This document shows, in pieces, positions 11,413-12,237 of a stretch of 12,237 bases of DNA. The notes under the pieces were generated by a model. The model ran no database searches. It saw nothing but the letters and a program-made list of their open reading frames with translations, and had not been told where the DNA came from. The stretch covers positions 1 through 12,237 of the forward strand of contig JADHWD010000082.1 in assembly GCA_016783645.1 (NCBI GenBank). The letters run 5' to 3'. Source of the stretch: a bacterium. GTDB lineage: Bacteria > Electryoneota > Tariuqbacteria > Tariuqbacterales > JADHWD01. The position numbers and the translations under genes were made by a program. How positions within the stretch are numbered: the stretch's first letter is position 1; every line of letters starts with the position of its first letter.

Positions 11413-12213
11413 ATGAACACTCTCCTGCAAACGGCTGTGAATGCCGCCCGCATCGGCGGAGATATCATTATGCGTCATTACTATAATAATAATGTGAAAA
11501 AATTGACGCATAAAAAGCCCAGCGATTATGTTACCGAAGTGGATCGGGAATCACAGGACGCTATTGTCGAGTATATTCTTAAACGGTTTCCCCATCATGC
11601 GATTTTAGCCGAAGAGGAAGGCGGCGGGAAAGAAGGAGAAGAATGCCGCTGGATAATTGATCCGCTCGATGGAACTACAAATTTCATCCACCATTTCCCC
11701 GTATTCGCAGTTTCAGTGGCGGTTGAAAGACTGGATGATTCGCCCCGGGATGTGAGTTCTATCGAGGCGGGGGCAGTATTGAATCCGGTGAGCGGCGAGT
11801 TATTCAGCGCTCAAAGCGGCGGGGGGGCGTTTCTTAATGGAAAGTCTATAAAAGTGAGCGGACGAAGCAAGATAGAAGATTGTTTGATTGCCACCGGCTT
11901 CCCTTTCAGGAATAAGGATTATTTAGAGGAATTTCTGACTATCTTCAAGCGGATGTTCAACGCTGTGAGCGGAATACGGCGGGCAGGCGCGGCCGCTATT
12001 GATCTATGCTGGGTGGCTTCAGGCGCGCTTGACGGATTCTGGGAACAGGGTCTATCTCCTTGGGATGTAGCGGCGGGCAGTTTGATAGTGAAAGAAGCGG
12101 GAGGGACGCTGTCTGATTTTCAAGGAGGAAGCGGGTACATTTGGAACCGAGAAATCATAGCCGCCGCCCCGGGAATTCATCAAATGATGCTGAATCTTAT
12201 CTGCGGGCGATAA
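11413..12213 (+). CDS. suhB: inositol monophosphatase family protein (SuhB-like)
   Basis: Signature WIIDPLDGTTNFIHHFP plus ILAEEEGG... and WDVAAGSLIVKEAGG. The ORF-track start at 11371 lies inside a REP arm; ATG at 11413 (MNTLLQTAVNAARIGG) is preferred and has no obvious SD. Confidence 0.8.
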   Translation: MNTLLQTAVNAARIGGDIIMRHYYNNNVKKLTHKKPSDYVTEVDRESQDAIVEYILKRFPHHAILAEEEGGGKEGEECRWIIDPLDGTTNFIHHFPVFAVSVAVERLDDSPRDVSSIEAGAVLNPVSGELFSAQSGGGAFLNGKSIKVSGRSKIEDCLIATGFPFRNKDYLEEFLTIFKRMFNAVSGIRRAGAAAIDLCWVASGALDGFWEQGLSPWDVAAGSLIVKEAGGTLSDFQGGSGYIWNREIIAAAPGIHQMMLNLICGR

Positions 12214-12226
12214 TCTTCATTTTTTT
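12197..12226 (+). terminator. weak candidate intrinsic terminator after the IMPase gene (ttatc tgcgggc gataa ... ttttttt)
   Basis: 5-bp AT-rich stem, 6-nt gap, then T7. Marginal. Confidence 0.15.
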
Positions 12227-12237
12227 ATATAAAATTC

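Noticed and set aside
1-12237. tRNA, rRNA or other known structured-RNA genes
   Set aside because: No cloverleaf-compatible segments or rRNA-like conserved stretches were recognisable. All strong hairpins are accounted for by the REP families.

Overview
This 12.2-kb chromosomal window comes from a bacterium with a Type IX secretion system (T9SS) that nonetheless uses clear Shine-Dalgarno sequences (GGAGG, AGGAG, GGGAG, AAAGGA). This points to a non-Bacteroidetes member of the FCB group; I cannot place the lineage further.

There are nine plausible genes.
- On the minus strand: a REP-associated tyrosine transposase (RAYT), a small membrane protein, a flotillin, an orphan aromatic-rich secreted protein, and an FG-GAP beta-propeller protein with a T9SS C-terminal sorting domain.
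- On the plus strand: an ATP-type PEP carboxykinase with a C-terminal extension, an FmdB zinc-ribbon protein, a GlcD-like FAD-linked oxidase, and an inositol monophosphatase.

Every intergenic region is packed with GC-rich palindromic elements sharing a GTAGGGGC head. These are REP/BIME/REPIN elements in at least five stem subfamilies, some nested or MITE-like. The RAYT sits among them, making a REPtron, and carries a REP doublet inserted in-frame inside its own ORF.

The most unusual feature is the 528-bp spacer at 4540-5068 between the T9SS cargo gene and the orphan secreted-protein gene. It contains no GTAG-type REP. Instead it holds eight ~33-bp modules of an invariant hexamer ATTCAC followed by a module-specific 9-mer repeated three times (two in one module), arranged as interleaved, mutually exclusive inverted-repeat pairs. 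Its function is unknown; possibilities are a structured UTR RNA, a regulator-site array, an invertible switch, or a new MITE nest.

I saw no CRISPR array, no tRNA/rRNA and no clear intrinsic terminator.
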